Below, piece by piece: positions 1-9,496 of a stretch of DNA of 64,000 nucleotides. The stretch is from an uncultured Acidobacteriota bacterium (GTDB lineage Bacteria > Acidobacteriota > Thermoanaerobaculia > Multivoradales > UBA5704): positions 608,001 to 672,000 of the forward strand of contig OY969474.1 of the NCBI GenBank assembly GCA_963700145.1. The letters run 5' to 3'. Under the pieces are notes generated by a model. It was not told the origin of the DNA. It ran no database searches and worked only from the letters and a program-made list of their open reading frames with translations. Numbering within the stretch: position 1 is the first letter of the stretch; the number at the start of each line of letters is the position of its first letter. A program made the position numbers and the translations under genes.

Positions 1-996
1 CGCGCGCGCGCGGACGACGGTGATGCGGCCCTCCTCGACCGGCTGGCGCAGCGCCTCCAGGGCGTCGCGGTGGAACTCCGGCATCTCGTCGAGGAAGAGG
101 ACGCCGTTGTGGGCGAGACTCGCCTCGCCGGGTCGCGGGGGGCTGCCGCCGCCGACCAGGCCGGCCGTCGAGGTGTTGGTGTGCGGGTTGCGGAAGGGGC
201 GGCGGCGGACGAGGCCGGCGGGCGGCTCCTCGGCGGCCAGGGAGTGGACCTTGGTGACGGCGATGGCCTCGGCGAGGGAGAGCGGCGGCAGGAGCGCCGG
301 CAGGCGCTGCGCCAGCATCGTCTTGCCAGATCCCGGCGGCCCCAGGAAGAGCAGGTTGTGCCCGCCGGCCGCCGCTACCTCCAGCGCCCGCTTCGCCCCT
401 TGCTGGCCGCAGACGTCGGCGAGGTCGTGGGCGGCCGCGACGGCCTGCTCGCTGCCGTCCGGCGCGACGAACGGCGCAATCGGCCGCCTGCCGAGCAGGT
501 GCTCGATCGCCTCGGCGAGGCCGCGCAGGGGGACCACCGCCACCGTCCCCAGCGCCGCGGCCTCGGCGGCGTTGGCGGCCGGCAGGAGGAGCTCGGCGAG
601 CCCCAGCCGGTGCGCGAGGTCGGCGATTGCCAGCGCCCCGCGCACCGTGCGCACGGCGCCGTCGAGCCCCAGCTCGCCGCAGAGGAGCCGTCCCGCCAGG
701 GCCTCCTGCGGCAGCTCGCCGTGGGCGGCGAGGAAGGCGAGCGCGATCGCCAGGTCCAGGTGGTTGCCCTCCTTGCGCAGGTCGGCGGGAGCGAGGTTCA
801 CCACCACCGAGCGCGGCGGCAGCTCGAAGCCGCAGTTGCGCAGCGCGAAGCGCACCCGCTCGCGGCTCTCCTTGACCGCGGGGTCGGCGAGCCCCACGAT
901 CTGCGTCTGCGGCAGGCCGACATGGACATCCACCTCGACCTGCACCGGACGGGCGTCGATCCCCCAGGGGGTGGCGGCGGTGGCGCGGGCGAGCAT
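1..996 (-). CDS. comM: YifB/ComM family Mg-chelatase-like AAA+ ATPase (3' end runs off the window start)
   Basis: Not in the ORF track. Manual translation from ATG 996 gives [49 protein letters not shown]...[11 protein letters not shown], Walker [21 protein letters not shown] and [14 protein letters not shown]. Confidence 0.93.
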   Translation of the reverse strand, partial: MLARATAATPWGIDARPVQVEVDVHVGLPQTQIVGLADPAVKESRERVRFALRNCGFELPPRSVVVNLAPADLRKEGNHLDLAIALAFLAAHGELPQEALAGRLLCGELGLDGAVRTVRGALAIADLAHRLGLAELLLPAANAAEAAALGTVAVVPLRGLAEAIEHLLGRRPIAPFVAPDGSEQAVAAAHDLADVCGQQGAKRALEVAAAGGHNLLFLGPPGSGKTMLAQRLPALLPPLSLAEAIAVTKVHSLAAEEPPAGLVRRRPFRNPHTNTSTAGLVGGGSPPRPGEASLAHNGVLFLDEMPEFHRDALEALRQPVEEGRITVVRARA

Positions 997-1049
997 CGTC
1001 GGCGTCGGTCCTCCGGGATAGACGGAAAACGGCCGCCCCACGCTTGCAC

Positions 1050-2249
1050 ATGGAACCGCTGCTGATCGCCACGAAGGCCCCCTGGCCGCCGATCGACGGC
1101 GGCCGGCGGCTGCTCTGGAACACGCTCGAGGGTCTGGCGGCGGAGGGGGTGCGGGCGGCGCTGGTGGCGCCGGTCGATCCACAACGCTTCGATCTGCGCG
1201 AGGTGGCGGCGGCGCTGGCGGCGGTCTGCGAGCCGCACCTCGTGCCGGTGCGGCCGGCGGGCGCGCCGCGCGCGCTCCTCGGCGCCGTCGGCGGCCGTCC
1301 GTGGACGATCGCCCGCCATGCCCTCGCCGCCGTGCGGCGCGAGGTCGAGCGCCTCCTCGCCGAGCGGACCTTCGCCGTCGTCCACGCCGAGCAGCTCCAG
1401 GCGCTGCCCCAGGCGGAGCCGGCGCGGCTGCGCGGCGTGCCAGTCGTGCTGCGGGCCCAGAACGTGGAGAGCGAGCTCTGGCGCGGGGCGGCCCGGACAG
1501 CGGGCGGGGTGAAGGAGTGGCTGCTCGACGTCGAAACGCGGCGGTTGGCGCGGTATGAGGGGCGGGCGGTAGCGCGCGCGGAACGCACGCTGGCGCTCAC
1601 CGAGCGGGACGCACGCCGCCTCCGAGAGCTTGCGGGAGGGAGAGGGCTAGTGCAGGTGATCGCCGCGCCCTTCCCGGCACAGCTCCCGCCCGGTGGTCCC
1701 CCTCTGCCCGGGGAGCCCGCGCTCGTTCTCCTCGAGGGGAGTGGCTGGCTGCCGAATCGCGAAGGGGCCGCATGGTTCGTGCGAGCGGTTTGGCCGCGGG
1801 TGCGCGCCGAGCTGCCGCGCGCCGAGCTGCACCTCTTCGGCGGCGCGGCCGGCGGCGAGGCAGACGAGGCAGACGAGGGAGTCCACCTCCACCCGGCTCC
1901 TGTTGACAGCGCGGCAGCTTTCCCGCCCGGCTCGGTGCTCGCCGTCCCCCTCGGGATCGCTTCCGGCATGCGGATCAAGGTGCTGGAGGCCTGGGCGCGT
2001 CGCGTGCCGGTCGTCGGTACCCGAGAGGCGCTCGCCGGCCTCGAGGTGCGCGACGGCGTCGAGGCGCTGGTAGCGCGCGATGCGGAGGGATTCGCCGCCG
2101 CCCTCGCTCGCCTCACCCGCGAGCCGGGGCTCACGGCTTCGTTGGTCGAAGGAGGGCGCGCGGCCCTCGCGGCCCGCCACGACCCGCCGCGGCTGGCGCG
2201 GGAATTGGTGTCGGTCTACGACTCGGTCGCCGCCGGCAAGTCGACCTGA
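1050..2249 (+). CDS. GT4-family (GT-B) glycosyltransferase
   Basis: PWPPIDGG N-terminus, [17 protein letters not shown] and [11 protein letters not shown] motifs; ATG at 1050. Confidence 0.85.
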   Translation: MEPLLIATKAPWPPIDGGRRLLWNTLEGLAAEGVRAALVAPVDPQRFDLREVAAALAAVCEPHLVPVRPAGAPRALLGAVGGRPWTIARHALAAVRREVERLLAERTFAVVHAEQLQALPQAEPARLRGVPVVLRAQNVESELWRGAARTAGGVKEWLLDVETRRLARYEGRAVARAERTLALTERDARRLRELAGGRGLVQVIAAPFPAQLPPGGPPLPGEPALVLLEGSGWLPNREGAAWFVRAVWPRVRAELPRAELHLFGGAAGGEADEADEGVHLHPAPVDSAAAFPPGSVLAVPLGIASGMRIKVLEAWARRVPVVGTREALAGLEVRDGVEALVARDAEGFAAALARLTREPGLTASLVEGGRAALAARHDPPRLARELVSVYDSVAAGKST

Positions 2250-3013
2250 AGCTGGCCGGCCGGCCGCTCGTCGGGGTCGGTGCCGTGGCCGGCGTAGGCG
2301 GCGAGCACCGACTCGGGATCGCCGTCGGCACGCAGGCGCCCGGCGTCGAGCCAGATGCAGCGCTCGCACGTCTTCCGCACGGCGACGGCGTTGTGCGAGA
2401 CGAGGAGGACCGTGGTGCCGGCGGCGTGGAAGCGGGCGATCCGCGCCTCGCACTTCTCGGTGAAGGCCGCGTCGCCGACCGCCAGGATCTCGTCGAGGAT
2501 GAGCACGTCGGGAAGCCAGGCCGTGGCGATGGAGAAGCCGAGCCGGGCCAGCATGCCGCTCGAGTAGTTGCGGATGGGAGAGCGGACGAAGTCGCCCAAG
2601 CCGCTGAAGTCGACGATCTCCTCGACCGCCGCGTCGACGTCGCGCCGCGAGCGGCCGAGGAGGAGGGCGTTGAGGTAGATGTTCTCGAGGCCTGTCAGCT
2701 CGTGGTCGAAGCCGGTGCCCAGCTCGAGGATCGGGGCGAGGGTGCCGCGCACGATCGCCTGTCCCTGAGTCGGCTTCAGCACCCGGGAGACGACCTTCAG
2801 CAGCGTGCTCTTGCCGGCGCCGTTGCGGCCGACGATCCCCAGCGTCTGTCCGGCCGGCACGCTCAGGTCGACGTCGCGCAGCGCCCAGAGCTTCTCGTAG
2901 GCCAGCGCCCCCTTCATCCAGTGGATGGCGTACTCCTTGAGCGAAGGGATGCGCTGTTTGGCCAGGCGATAGACCAGGGAGACCCCCTCGAGCTGGATGC
3001 GCGGCTCGGCCAT
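2216..3013 (-). CDS. wzt: Polysaccharide ABC exporter ATP-binding subunit, no C-terminal carbohydrate-binding module
   Basis: MAEPRIQL start at 3013, overlapping the wzm stop. GRNGAGKST, YSSGMLARLGFS and LILDEILAVGD motifs. Confidence 0.92.
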   Translation of the reverse strand: MAEPRIQLEGVSLVYRLAKQRIPSLKEYAIHWMKGALAYEKLWALRDVDLSVPAGQTLGIVGRNGAGKSTLLKVVSRVLKPTQGQAIVRGTLAPILELGTGFDHELTGLENIYLNALLLGRSRRDVDAAVEEIVDFSGLGDFVRSPIRNYSSGMLARLGFSIATAWLPDVLILDEILAVGDAAFTEKCEARIARFHAAGTTVLLVSHNAVAVRKTCERCIWLDAGRLRADGDPESVLAAYAGHGTDPDERPAGQLQVDLPAATES

Positions 3014-3780
3014 CAGACGTAGAACGGGATGCGGTCGCTGCTGCGGCGGAAGGCCCAGGCCCCGACCGCCAGCGCCAGGATCGCGATGCCCAGTGCCACC
3101 GAGAGGTGGGTGATCGGCGGCACTTCCCCCTGGTAGATCGGATCGCGGAAGACCTCGAGGATCGAGCGCGCCGGGTTGAAACGGACCACCCAGAGGAGGT
3201 TCGGCGGCACGATCTCCTTGGGATAGAAGACCGGCGTCAAGTACATCAAGAGCGTCAGGAGCACCCCCACCAGCTCCACCACGTCGTGGAAGAAGACGGC
3301 GAGCGGCGAGAGCAGCAGGCCCGCTCCGAGGGTGAAGAGCGCCGCCAGCAGCACCGCGATCGGCAGGAAGGCGAGAGCGGGACGGATCGGATGGCCGGTG
3401 ACGATCAGCATCAGCAGCAGCGGCACCAGGGCGAAGCCGAGGTTGATGACGCCCGAGATCACCGTGGCGATGGGGAAGACAGCCTTGGGCACGGGGAGCT
3501 TCTGCAGCAGGTGCGCGTTCCCCTTGAGGCTGTTCATCGAGCTGACGATGCTCTGGCTGAAGAAGTTCCAGAAGAGGATGCCGGCAAGCGCGTAGACCGG
3601 GTAGTTCGGAAGATTGAAGCGGAAGAGGGAGCTGAAGACGAGCTGCAGGACCAGCATCATCAGCAGCGGCTGGAGCATCGTCCAGAGGAAGCCGATCGCC
3701 GAGCGCCGGTAGCGCACCTTGAGCTCGCGGGACACGAGGGCGCCCACCAGGTCGCGGTAGCGATAGAGATCGTGGATCAC
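3013..3780 (-). CDS. wzm: Polysaccharide ABC exporter permease
   Basis: RELKVRYRRSAIGFLWTMLQPLL, about six TM segments, YLTPVFYP; adjacent to wzt. Confidence 0.92.
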   Translation of the reverse strand: MIHDLYRYRDLVGALVSRELKVRYRRSAIGFLWTMLQPLLMMLVLQLVFSSLFRFNLPNYPVYALAGILFWNFFSQSIVSSMNSLKGNAHLLQKLPVPKAVFPIATVISGVINLGFALVPLLLMLIVTGHPIRPALAFLPIAVLLAALFTLGAGLLLSPLAVFFHDVVELVGVLLTLLMYLTPVFYPKEIVPPNLLWVVRFNPARSILEVFRDPIYQGEVPPITHLSVALGIAILALAVGAWAFRRSSDRIPFYV

Positions 3781-3850
3781 GAACGGTGAGAAGGGCAGAG
3801 GTGGTGGTGGTACGGCCGTAGACGAGCGCCAAGTCGCTGACTCGGCGAGC

Positions 3851-4840
3851 TTACCGCATCGACTTCGAGTCCCCTTTGCCCGCCTTGCTCTTCAGCCCGG
3901 CCAGGGCCTGCCGCAAGGCGTCGTCCTCCGCGCGCCGAGCGGGGCGCCGGGACGCGGCGACGAACGGCGCGGTGGCGGCGCGAGCGACGAGGCGCGCCCG
4001 TCCTCCCGCCGCGAGCGCCTTGGCGGCGTGGCGCGCCCAGCGCGCGCCGTGCCGCTTCTCGGCCCAGCGCAGTAGGTCGGTCCACAGCAGCTCGACGTGC
4101 TGACGGCCGCCGGACCCACCCCCGGTCGCTCCCGCCGCGCTGCCGATCGTCGCGCCGTGGTGGTGGAGCACCCGGAAATCCGGGAGCAGCGCCACCTCCC
4201 AGCCGGCGGCGCGTAACCGGGCGCAGAGGTCGAGGTCCTGGGCGTAGAAGCGGAACCGCTCATCGAACGGCCCGACCTCCTCCCAGGCGGCGCGGCGCAA
4301 GGCCAGCGCCGCCCCGGTCACCCAGTCGACGGCGCCGCCCGCGGCGGCCCCCGGCGGCTTGAGCCGCCGGTAAAGCGGCAGGTTCCCGATGAGCCGCGCC
4401 GCGCCGCTCGCCAGCGCGAAGAGCCAGAGCAGGGTCGGCTCCCCCCCGCCGCTCCACTGCGGGGCCCCGCCGGGGTAATGGAGCGCCGCCCCGGCGGCTC
4501 CCAGCCGCGGGGCGGCATCGAAGGCGGAGCGCAGGGCCGCCAGCCCCTCGGCCGTCACCTCGGTATCGCTGTTGAGGAGGAGGAGCAGGTCGCCCTCGGC
4601 CGCGGCAAGGCCGCGGTTGGCGGCGCGGGTGAAGCCGGTCGGCTCGGCGAGGCGGAGGAGGCGCAGGCGCGGATGAGCGGAGGCGGCCGCTTCGGCGGTG
4701 CCGTCCGAGCCCGCGTCGTCCACCAGCACGACCTCGGCCTCGGGCGCGGCCCGGGCGAGCGAGGCCAGGCAGCGGAGAGTGAGCTCGCGCGTGTCGCGCG
4801 TGGGCACGACCACGGAAAGGGTGGGGGATGCGGGGCGCAT
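3851..4840 (-). CDS. GT2 glycosyltransferase (WbbL/rhamnosyltransferase-like)
   Basis: LSVVVPT, VLVDD, GFTRAANRG, LLNSDT, DWVTGAAL, FDERFRFYAQDLD. Confidence 0.85.
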   Translation of the reverse strand: MRPASPTLSVVVPTRDTRELTLRCLASLARAAPEAEVVLVDDAGSDGTAEAAASAHPRLRLLRLAEPTGFTRAANRGLAAAEGDLLLLLNSDTEVTAEGLAALRSAFDAAPRLGAAGAALHYPGGAPQWSGGGEPTLLWLFALASGAARLIGNLPLYRRLKPPGAAAGGAVDWVTGAALALRRAAWEEVGPFDERFRFYAQDLDLCARLRAAGWEVALLPDFRVLHHHGATIGSAAGATGGGSGGRQHVELLWTDLLRWAEKRHGARWARHAAKALAAGGRARLVARAATAPFVAASRRPARRAEDDALRQALAGLKSKAGKGDSKSMR

Positions 4841-5000
4841 GGCGTGCCGGCTGGCGGCGGCGAGGTGAGTCTACGGTCGCGCGGCCTCCAGCTGTAACGA
4901 ACGGCGACGCCGCGCGCCCCTAGGCGTGTGTCCGCACTGGGGCGAGAGGTGCTAGTATTCCCAATTCCAAAGATCCAAAGAACTCGATACGTTCCGGTCA

Positions 5001-5100
5001 TTTGACGCAGGAATACGTGCTTTCGCAGCCTCTCATCGGAGGCGCCGCCGGCGTGGCGGCGCGTGCCCCTCGCGTACACCAGCGCTTTTCTGGAGGAGCG
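5001..5100 (+). promoter_or_regulatory. Conserved 5' leader element, copy 1
   Basis: TTTGACGCAGGAATACGTGCTTTCGCAGC, GC hairpin at 5042-5062 and TGGAGGAGCG RBS; near-identical to 6991-7090. Extended -10-like TGcTAGTAT at 4950-4958. Confidence 0.6.
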
Positions 5101-5105
5101 TGATC

Positions 5106-6836
5106 ATGCGAAGAGTGCAGCGCAGGTCGTGGACCCTGGCCTTCGTTCTGGGGATCGTTTCTCTCGGCATTGCCGCAGGCGCGGCCGCGGCCGCGCCGAA
5201 TCAGGAAGTGGCGACGCTGAGCGGCGGCGGCGCCGGCGTCGAGTTCCGGCCGGTCGTCGACTACGAGAAGCTGGTGCTGACCGTCTCAGGTCCGGGCGAG
5301 ATGATGTTCCGGCGCGAGTTCGCGGCCGGCGTCCCGGTCGCCTTCAGCGCCTTCACGGAGGCGGGCCAGGTCCTGCCGGACGGCGACTACACCTACGAGC
5401 TGCGGGCGGCGCCGCGCCTCTCGGCCGACGTGCGCCGGAAGCTCGCCGAGGCGCGCCAGCGCGGCAACGAGCGCGCCGTCCTCGCCGAGTTGCGGCGCGC
5501 CGGCCAGCTGCCGAAGGGGGGCGTGCAGTCCGGCAGCTTCACGATGGCGAACGGGAGCTTCGTCGTCTCCGGGCTCGCGGAGGAGACCGGCCCGCGGGCC
5601 GCCAAGGAAGCCGTCCGCGCGGTCACCGCCGCCGACCAGGTGATCCCCGACGACCTGATCGTCCAGGGGAGCGAGTGCGTCGGCTTCGACTGCGTCAACG
5701 GCGAGGCCTTCAGCTTCGACACCATCCGCCTCAAGGAGAACAGCACCCGCATCACCTTCATCGACACCAGCACCATCGCGGGTCTCCCCAACCAGGACTG
5801 GCAGCTCCGCGCCAACGACGCCAGCGGCGCCGGCGTCTTCACCATCGACTACCTGGGCACCGGCGCCGTCGACGGCGACACGCCCAGCACCACGCCCTTC
5901 AAGGTGGAGGCCGCGGCGGTGAACAACTCGATCTACGTCGATTCCACCGGCCGGGTCGGGCTCCGCACCGCGACCCCGGTGCTCGATCTCCACATCAACA
6001 CCGCGAACACCCCGGCCATTCGCCTCGAGCAGAACAACTCCGGCGGCTTCACCGCCCAGACCTGGGACGTGGCCGGCAACGAAAGCAGCTTCTTCGTCCG
6101 CGACGTGACCGGCGGCTCGACCCTGCCCTTCCGCGTCCGGCCGGGCGCGCCGACCAGCTCGATCGACATCTCGGCCGACGGCGACGTCGGGATCGGCACG
6201 GCCAGCCCCGACTTCCAGCTGCACGTGTTCGACACCGAGACCTCCGATGCGAACATCGGCGTCGGGCCCGATCCCGGCGGCCTCACGGGCGTGAACTTCG
6301 GCCACGGCGGCGCGTCCTTCGGGCGCGGCGCGGGGTTCTTCAACGCCAAGGACACCGGCGCCACGGCCCCGAACCCGTCGGTCCGCTTTCTGACCTCCAC
6401 CATCCAGCGCATGATCATCGACAACGAAGGCAACATCGGCTTCGGCAGCAACGTGGCGGGCTTCAACCCCGCCGATCCGCTGGTGCATCAGAACACCAAC
6501 GCCCGCCTCACCGGGGGCATCTGGACCGACGGCTCGAGCCGCGCCATCAAGCACGACATCCGTCCGCTCGAGGCCGGCGAGGCCCTGGCGGCGTTCGCCC
6601 GGCTCGAGCCGGTGAGCTATCGGCCCAACGACAAGCCCGAGGAGGTGGTCCTCGGCTTCATCGCCGAGGACGTGCCGGAGCTGGTCGCCTTCAACGACCG
6701 CAAGTCGCTGAGCCCGATGGACATGGTCGCGGTGCTCACCAAGGTCGTGCAGGAGCAGCAGCGGGCGGTCGCCGAGCTGGAGCGGCAGATCGAGGAGCTG
6801 CGCGGGCGCCTGACCGCTGGCGAAGCCAAGCCCTAG
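5106..6836 (+). CDS. Secreted tail-fibre-like protein with C-terminal Peptidase_S74 intramolecular chaperone domain, paralog 1
   Basis: Signal peptide, DDLIVQGSECVGFDC, GxVG(L/I)xT repeats, C-terminal SSRAIKHDI...GFIAEDVPELV...VQEQQ and a coiled coil. Confidence 0.8.
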   Translation: MRRVQRRSWTLAFVLGIVSLGIAAGAAAAAPNQEVATLSGGGAGVEFRPVVDYEKLVLTVSGPGEMMFRREFAAGVPVAFSAFTEAGQVLPDGDYTYELRAAPRLSADVRRKLAEARQRGNERAVLAELRRAGQLPKGGVQSGSFTMANGSFVVSGLAEETGPRAAKEAVRAVTAADQVIPDDLIVQGSECVGFDCVNGEAFSFDTIRLKENSTRITFIDTSTIAGLPNQDWQLRANDASGAGVFTIDYLGTGAVDGDTPSTTPFKVEAAAVNNSIYVDSTGRVGLRTATPVLDLHINTANTPAIRLEQNNSGGFTAQTWDVAGNESSFFVRDVTGGSTLPFRVRPGAPTSSIDISADGDVGIGTASPDFQLHVFDTETSDANIGVGPDPGGLTGVNFGHGGASFGRGAGFFNAKDTGATAPNPSVRFLTSTIQRMIIDNEGNIGFGSNVAGFNPADPLVHQNTNARLTGGIWTDGSSRAIKHDIRPLEAGEALAAFARLEPVSYRPNDKPEEVVLGFIAEDVPELVAFNDRKSLSPMDMVAVLTKVVQEQQRAVAELERQIEELRGRLTAGEAKP

Positions 6837-6858
6837 AGCAGTCGCCTTCGCCGCCCGC

Positions 6859-6902
6859 AACGTCCGGGTCCGGTCCCTTCGTGGGCCGGGCCCGAACGTT
6901 TC
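6859..6902 (+). terminator. Stem-loop, probable terminator after paralog 1
   Basis: AACGTCCGGGTCCGGTCCC-TTCGT-GGGCCGGGCCCGAACGTT followed by a short T run. Confidence 0.55.
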
Positions 6903-6990
6903 AGTAATCGATGGACTCTCGCCTTCACGCGCGGCGGCCGCGGTGCTAGGGTTCGTGGCTCCACGAGTCCGAAAAAGTCGCGCAGCGCTC

Positions 6991-7090
6991 TTTGACGCAC
7001 GAATACGTGCATTCGCAGCTCCCATTCAGGGGTCCCGCCGGCGTGCGGCGAAAACCCCTCGCGAACAGGAAGAGCTTTTTTGGAGGAGCG
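6991..7090 (+). promoter_or_regulatory. Conserved 5' leader element, copy 2
   Basis: TTTGACGCACGAATACGTGCATTCGCAGC, AGGGGT/ACCCCT and CGCCG/CGGCG stems, TGGAGGAGCG RBS. TTCACG-N17-TAGGGT upstream at 6924-6952. Confidence 0.6.
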
Positions 7091-7095
7091 TAACC

Positions 7096-8796
7096 ATGAG
7101 AAGAGCCCAGTACAGTCAGTGGACCCTGGTCGCGGCGTTCGTTTGCCTCGCCCTGGTCGCCGGCGCGGCCACCGCCGCGCCGCGACAGGTGGCGACGCTC
7201 AGCGGCGGCGCCGCCGGGGTGGAGTTCCGGCCCGTGATCGAGCACGAGAAGCTCGTGCTCACCGTCTCGGGACCGGGCGGGATGAGCTTCCGGCATGAAT
7301 TCGCCCAGGGTCAAGCCGCCACCTTCAGCGCTTTCGGCAAGGGCGGTCAGACCCTGCCGAACGGCGACTACACCTACGAGCTGCTGGCGGTGCCGCGGTT
7401 CTCGCCGGAGGTCCGGCAGCGCCTGGCCGCCGCGCGCAGCGAGGGCAACGAGCGCGCCGTCCTTGCCGAGCTGCGGCAGGCCGGCAAGCTGCCGAAGGGG
7501 ACGGTGCAGAGCGGCGGCTTCGTGATGGAGAACGGCACGTTCATCGTCGCCGGGGGTGTCGAGGCGACCGGCCCGAAGGCCGCCAAGGAGGCGGTGCGCG
7601 CGGTCACCGCCGCCGATCAGGTGATCCCGGACGACCTGATCGTCCAGGGGAGCGAGTGCGTCGGTCTCGACTGCGTCAACAACGAGAACTTCGGCTTCGA
7701 CACCATTCGCCTCAAGGAGAACAACCTCCGCATCCACTTCGACGACACCTCGACGCAGGTCGGGTTCCCGGCCAACGACTGGCGCCTCATCGCCAACGAC
7801 TCGGCTTCCGGCGGCTCGTCGAAGTTCTCGATCGAGGACTCGACCAGCTCCAAGACGCCGTTCACCATCACCGCGGGGGCGGCCACCAACTCGATCTTCG
7901 CCGACAGCACCGGCCGGATCGGCCTCCGCACCTCGACCCCGGTGCTCGACCTCCATATCAACACCGCTAACACTCCGGCCATCCGTCTCGAGCAGAACAA
8001 CTCCGGCGGCTTCACCGCCCAGACCTGGGACATCGGCGCCAACGAGGCCAACTTCTTCGTCCGCGACGTGACCGGCGGCTCGCGCCTGTCGTTCCGCATC
8101 CGGCCCGGCGCGCCGACCAGCTCGGTCGACATCTCGTCGGACGGTGAGGTCGGCATCGGCACGGGGAGCCCGGAGGTCAAGCTCCACGTCTTCGGCTCGA
8201 ACACGGAAGACACGAACATCTCCCTCGGTCCCAACCCGATCGGGACCCCCGCCACCGAATCGGCGCTCAACATCGGCTACGGCGGCGCCAGCTTCGGACG
8301 CGCTTCGGGTTTCTTCAACGTCCGGACTGATAGCGGCGCGACCGCGCCCAACCCGTCGTTGCGCTTCATGACCGCCGACTTGCAGCGGATCATGATCGAC
8401 AACCAGGGCAACATCGCCTTCGGCGCCGATGTCTCGGGAGCCAACCCCGCGGTGCCGCTGATCCACATCGGGGACAACGCGCGCCTCGAGGCCGGCATCT
8501 GGACGAACGGCTCGAGCCGCGCCATCAAGCACGACATTCAGCCGCTCGAGGCGAGCGAGGCGCTGGCGGCCTTTACCCAGCTCCAGCCGGTGCGCTATCG
8601 GGGCAACGAGAGCCCCGACGAGGTGGTTCTCGGCTTCATCGCCGAGGACGTCCCCGAGCTGGTCGCCTACAACGACCGCAAGTCGCTGAGCCCGATGGAC
8701 ATGGTCGCCGTCCTGACCAAGGTCGTCCAGGAGCAGCAGAAGACGATCGACCAGCTCAACGAGCGTCTCGGCGCGCTGGAGGAGAAGGAGAAGTAA
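7096..8796 (+). CDS. Secreted tail-fibre-like protein with Peptidase_S74 chaperone domain, paralog 2
   Basis: RBS and ATG at 7096 (MRRAQYSQW); colinear with 5106-6836; SSRAIKHDI and GFIAEDVPELV motifs. Confidence 0.8.
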   Translation: MRRAQYSQWTLVAAFVCLALVAGAATAAPRQVATLSGGAAGVEFRPVIEHEKLVLTVSGPGGMSFRHEFAQGQAATFSAFGKGGQTLPNGDYTYELLAVPRFSPEVRQRLAAARSEGNERAVLAELRQAGKLPKGTVQSGGFVMENGTFIVAGGVEATGPKAAKEAVRAVTAADQVIPDDLIVQGSECVGLDCVNNENFGFDTIRLKENNLRIHFDDTSTQVGFPANDWRLIANDSASGGSSKFSIEDSTSSKTPFTITAGAATNSIFADSTGRIGLRTSTPVLDLHINTANTPAIRLEQNNSGGFTAQTWDIGANEANFFVRDVTGGSRLSFRIRPGAPTSSVDISSDGEVGIGTGSPEVKLHVFGSNTEDTNISLGPNPIGTPATESALNIGYGGASFGRASGFFNVRTDSGATAPNPSLRFMTADLQRIMIDNQGNIAFGADVSGANPAVPLIHIGDNARLEAGIWTNGSSRAIKHDIQPLEASEALAAFTQLQPVRYRGNESPDEVVLGFIAEDVPELVAYNDRKSLSPMDMVAVLTKVVQEQQKTIDQLNERLGALEEKEK

Positions 8797-8820
8797 GAGC
8801 CCGCTGCAGCGAGTCTTCAG

Positions 8821-8849
8821 GGGCGGCCTTCGGGCCGCCCTTTCTGTTT
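8821..8849 (+). terminator. Rho-independent terminator
   Basis: GGGCGGCC-TTCG-GGCCGCCC followed by TTTCTGTTT. Confidence 0.85.
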
Positions 8850-9496
8850 CAACCGTCCATCCTGGCCAGGATCGTGAGCTCGTAGAGCGGATAGTCGTGC
8901 AGCAGGGCGACCGCCGGCGAGAAGCGGGTCTTGCAGTAATCGAAGAGAAAGAGCGGGTCGGCGTAGAAGAGGTCGGCCCGGCGTCGCTCCGGGTCGGAGT
9001 AGAGCGAGAGAGCGTTGAAGGCGAAGCCGCGGCGCGCCAGCTGTGCGAGGCGGTCGAGCGTCCCGAGCACGTACTCCCGCCAGGCGTCCTCCGGGGTGTC
9101 GAGCTTGACGTTGAAGACGCCGCTGGCGACGATGTAATCGGCCGCGCCGATCTCCGCCTCGTCGTCGGTGAACGCGACGCTGGGCCCGCCGTGGAGCTCT
9201 CTCGCCGTAGCGATCATCTCGGGCGAGATGTCGAATCCCATGTAGGAGGCCGGCAGCCCGCGCTCCCGCAGGTAGGGGACCAGCGCGCCGTAGCCGCAGC
9301 CGTAGTCGAGCAGCGAGAAGGCCCCCTCGCTCCCTTGCCAGAGCTTTGCGAGCTGGTCGAAGCGGAGCCGCTGCGAGGCCTCGGAGTTCCAGTCCGCGCC
9401 TCGCGGCGTCGCGCCATGGCGTCCGAGCGCGGACGAGTAATAGGCGCCGACGCGGGCGAGGAGGGCGGCGCGCTGCGGGGTGGGCGGCTCAGCCAT
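8849..9496 (-). CDS. Class I SAM-dependent methyltransferase
   Basis: LLDYGCGYG, GFDISPEMI, DYIVASGVFN. Confidence 0.85.
   Translation of the reverse strand: MAEPPTPQRAALLARVGAYYSSALGRHGATPRGADWNSEASQRLRFDQLAKLWQGSEGAFSLLDYGCGYGALVPYLRERGLPASYMGFDISPEMIATARELHGGPSVAFTDDEAEIGAADYIVASGVFNVKLDTPEDAWREYVLGTLDRLAQLARRGFAFNALSLYSDPERRRADLFYADPLFLFDYCKTRFSPAVALLHDYPLYELTILARMDG

Noticed and set aside
20-1065. Plus-strand ORFs of 333 and 331 aa
   Set aside because: Antisense shadows of comM. Most other long Arg/Pro/Gly-rich ORFs in the track are similar high-GC shadows.
5106-8796. Prophage or tailocin
   Set aside because: Both proteins have signal peptides, and there are no capsid, tail, baseplate, integrase or lysis genes.
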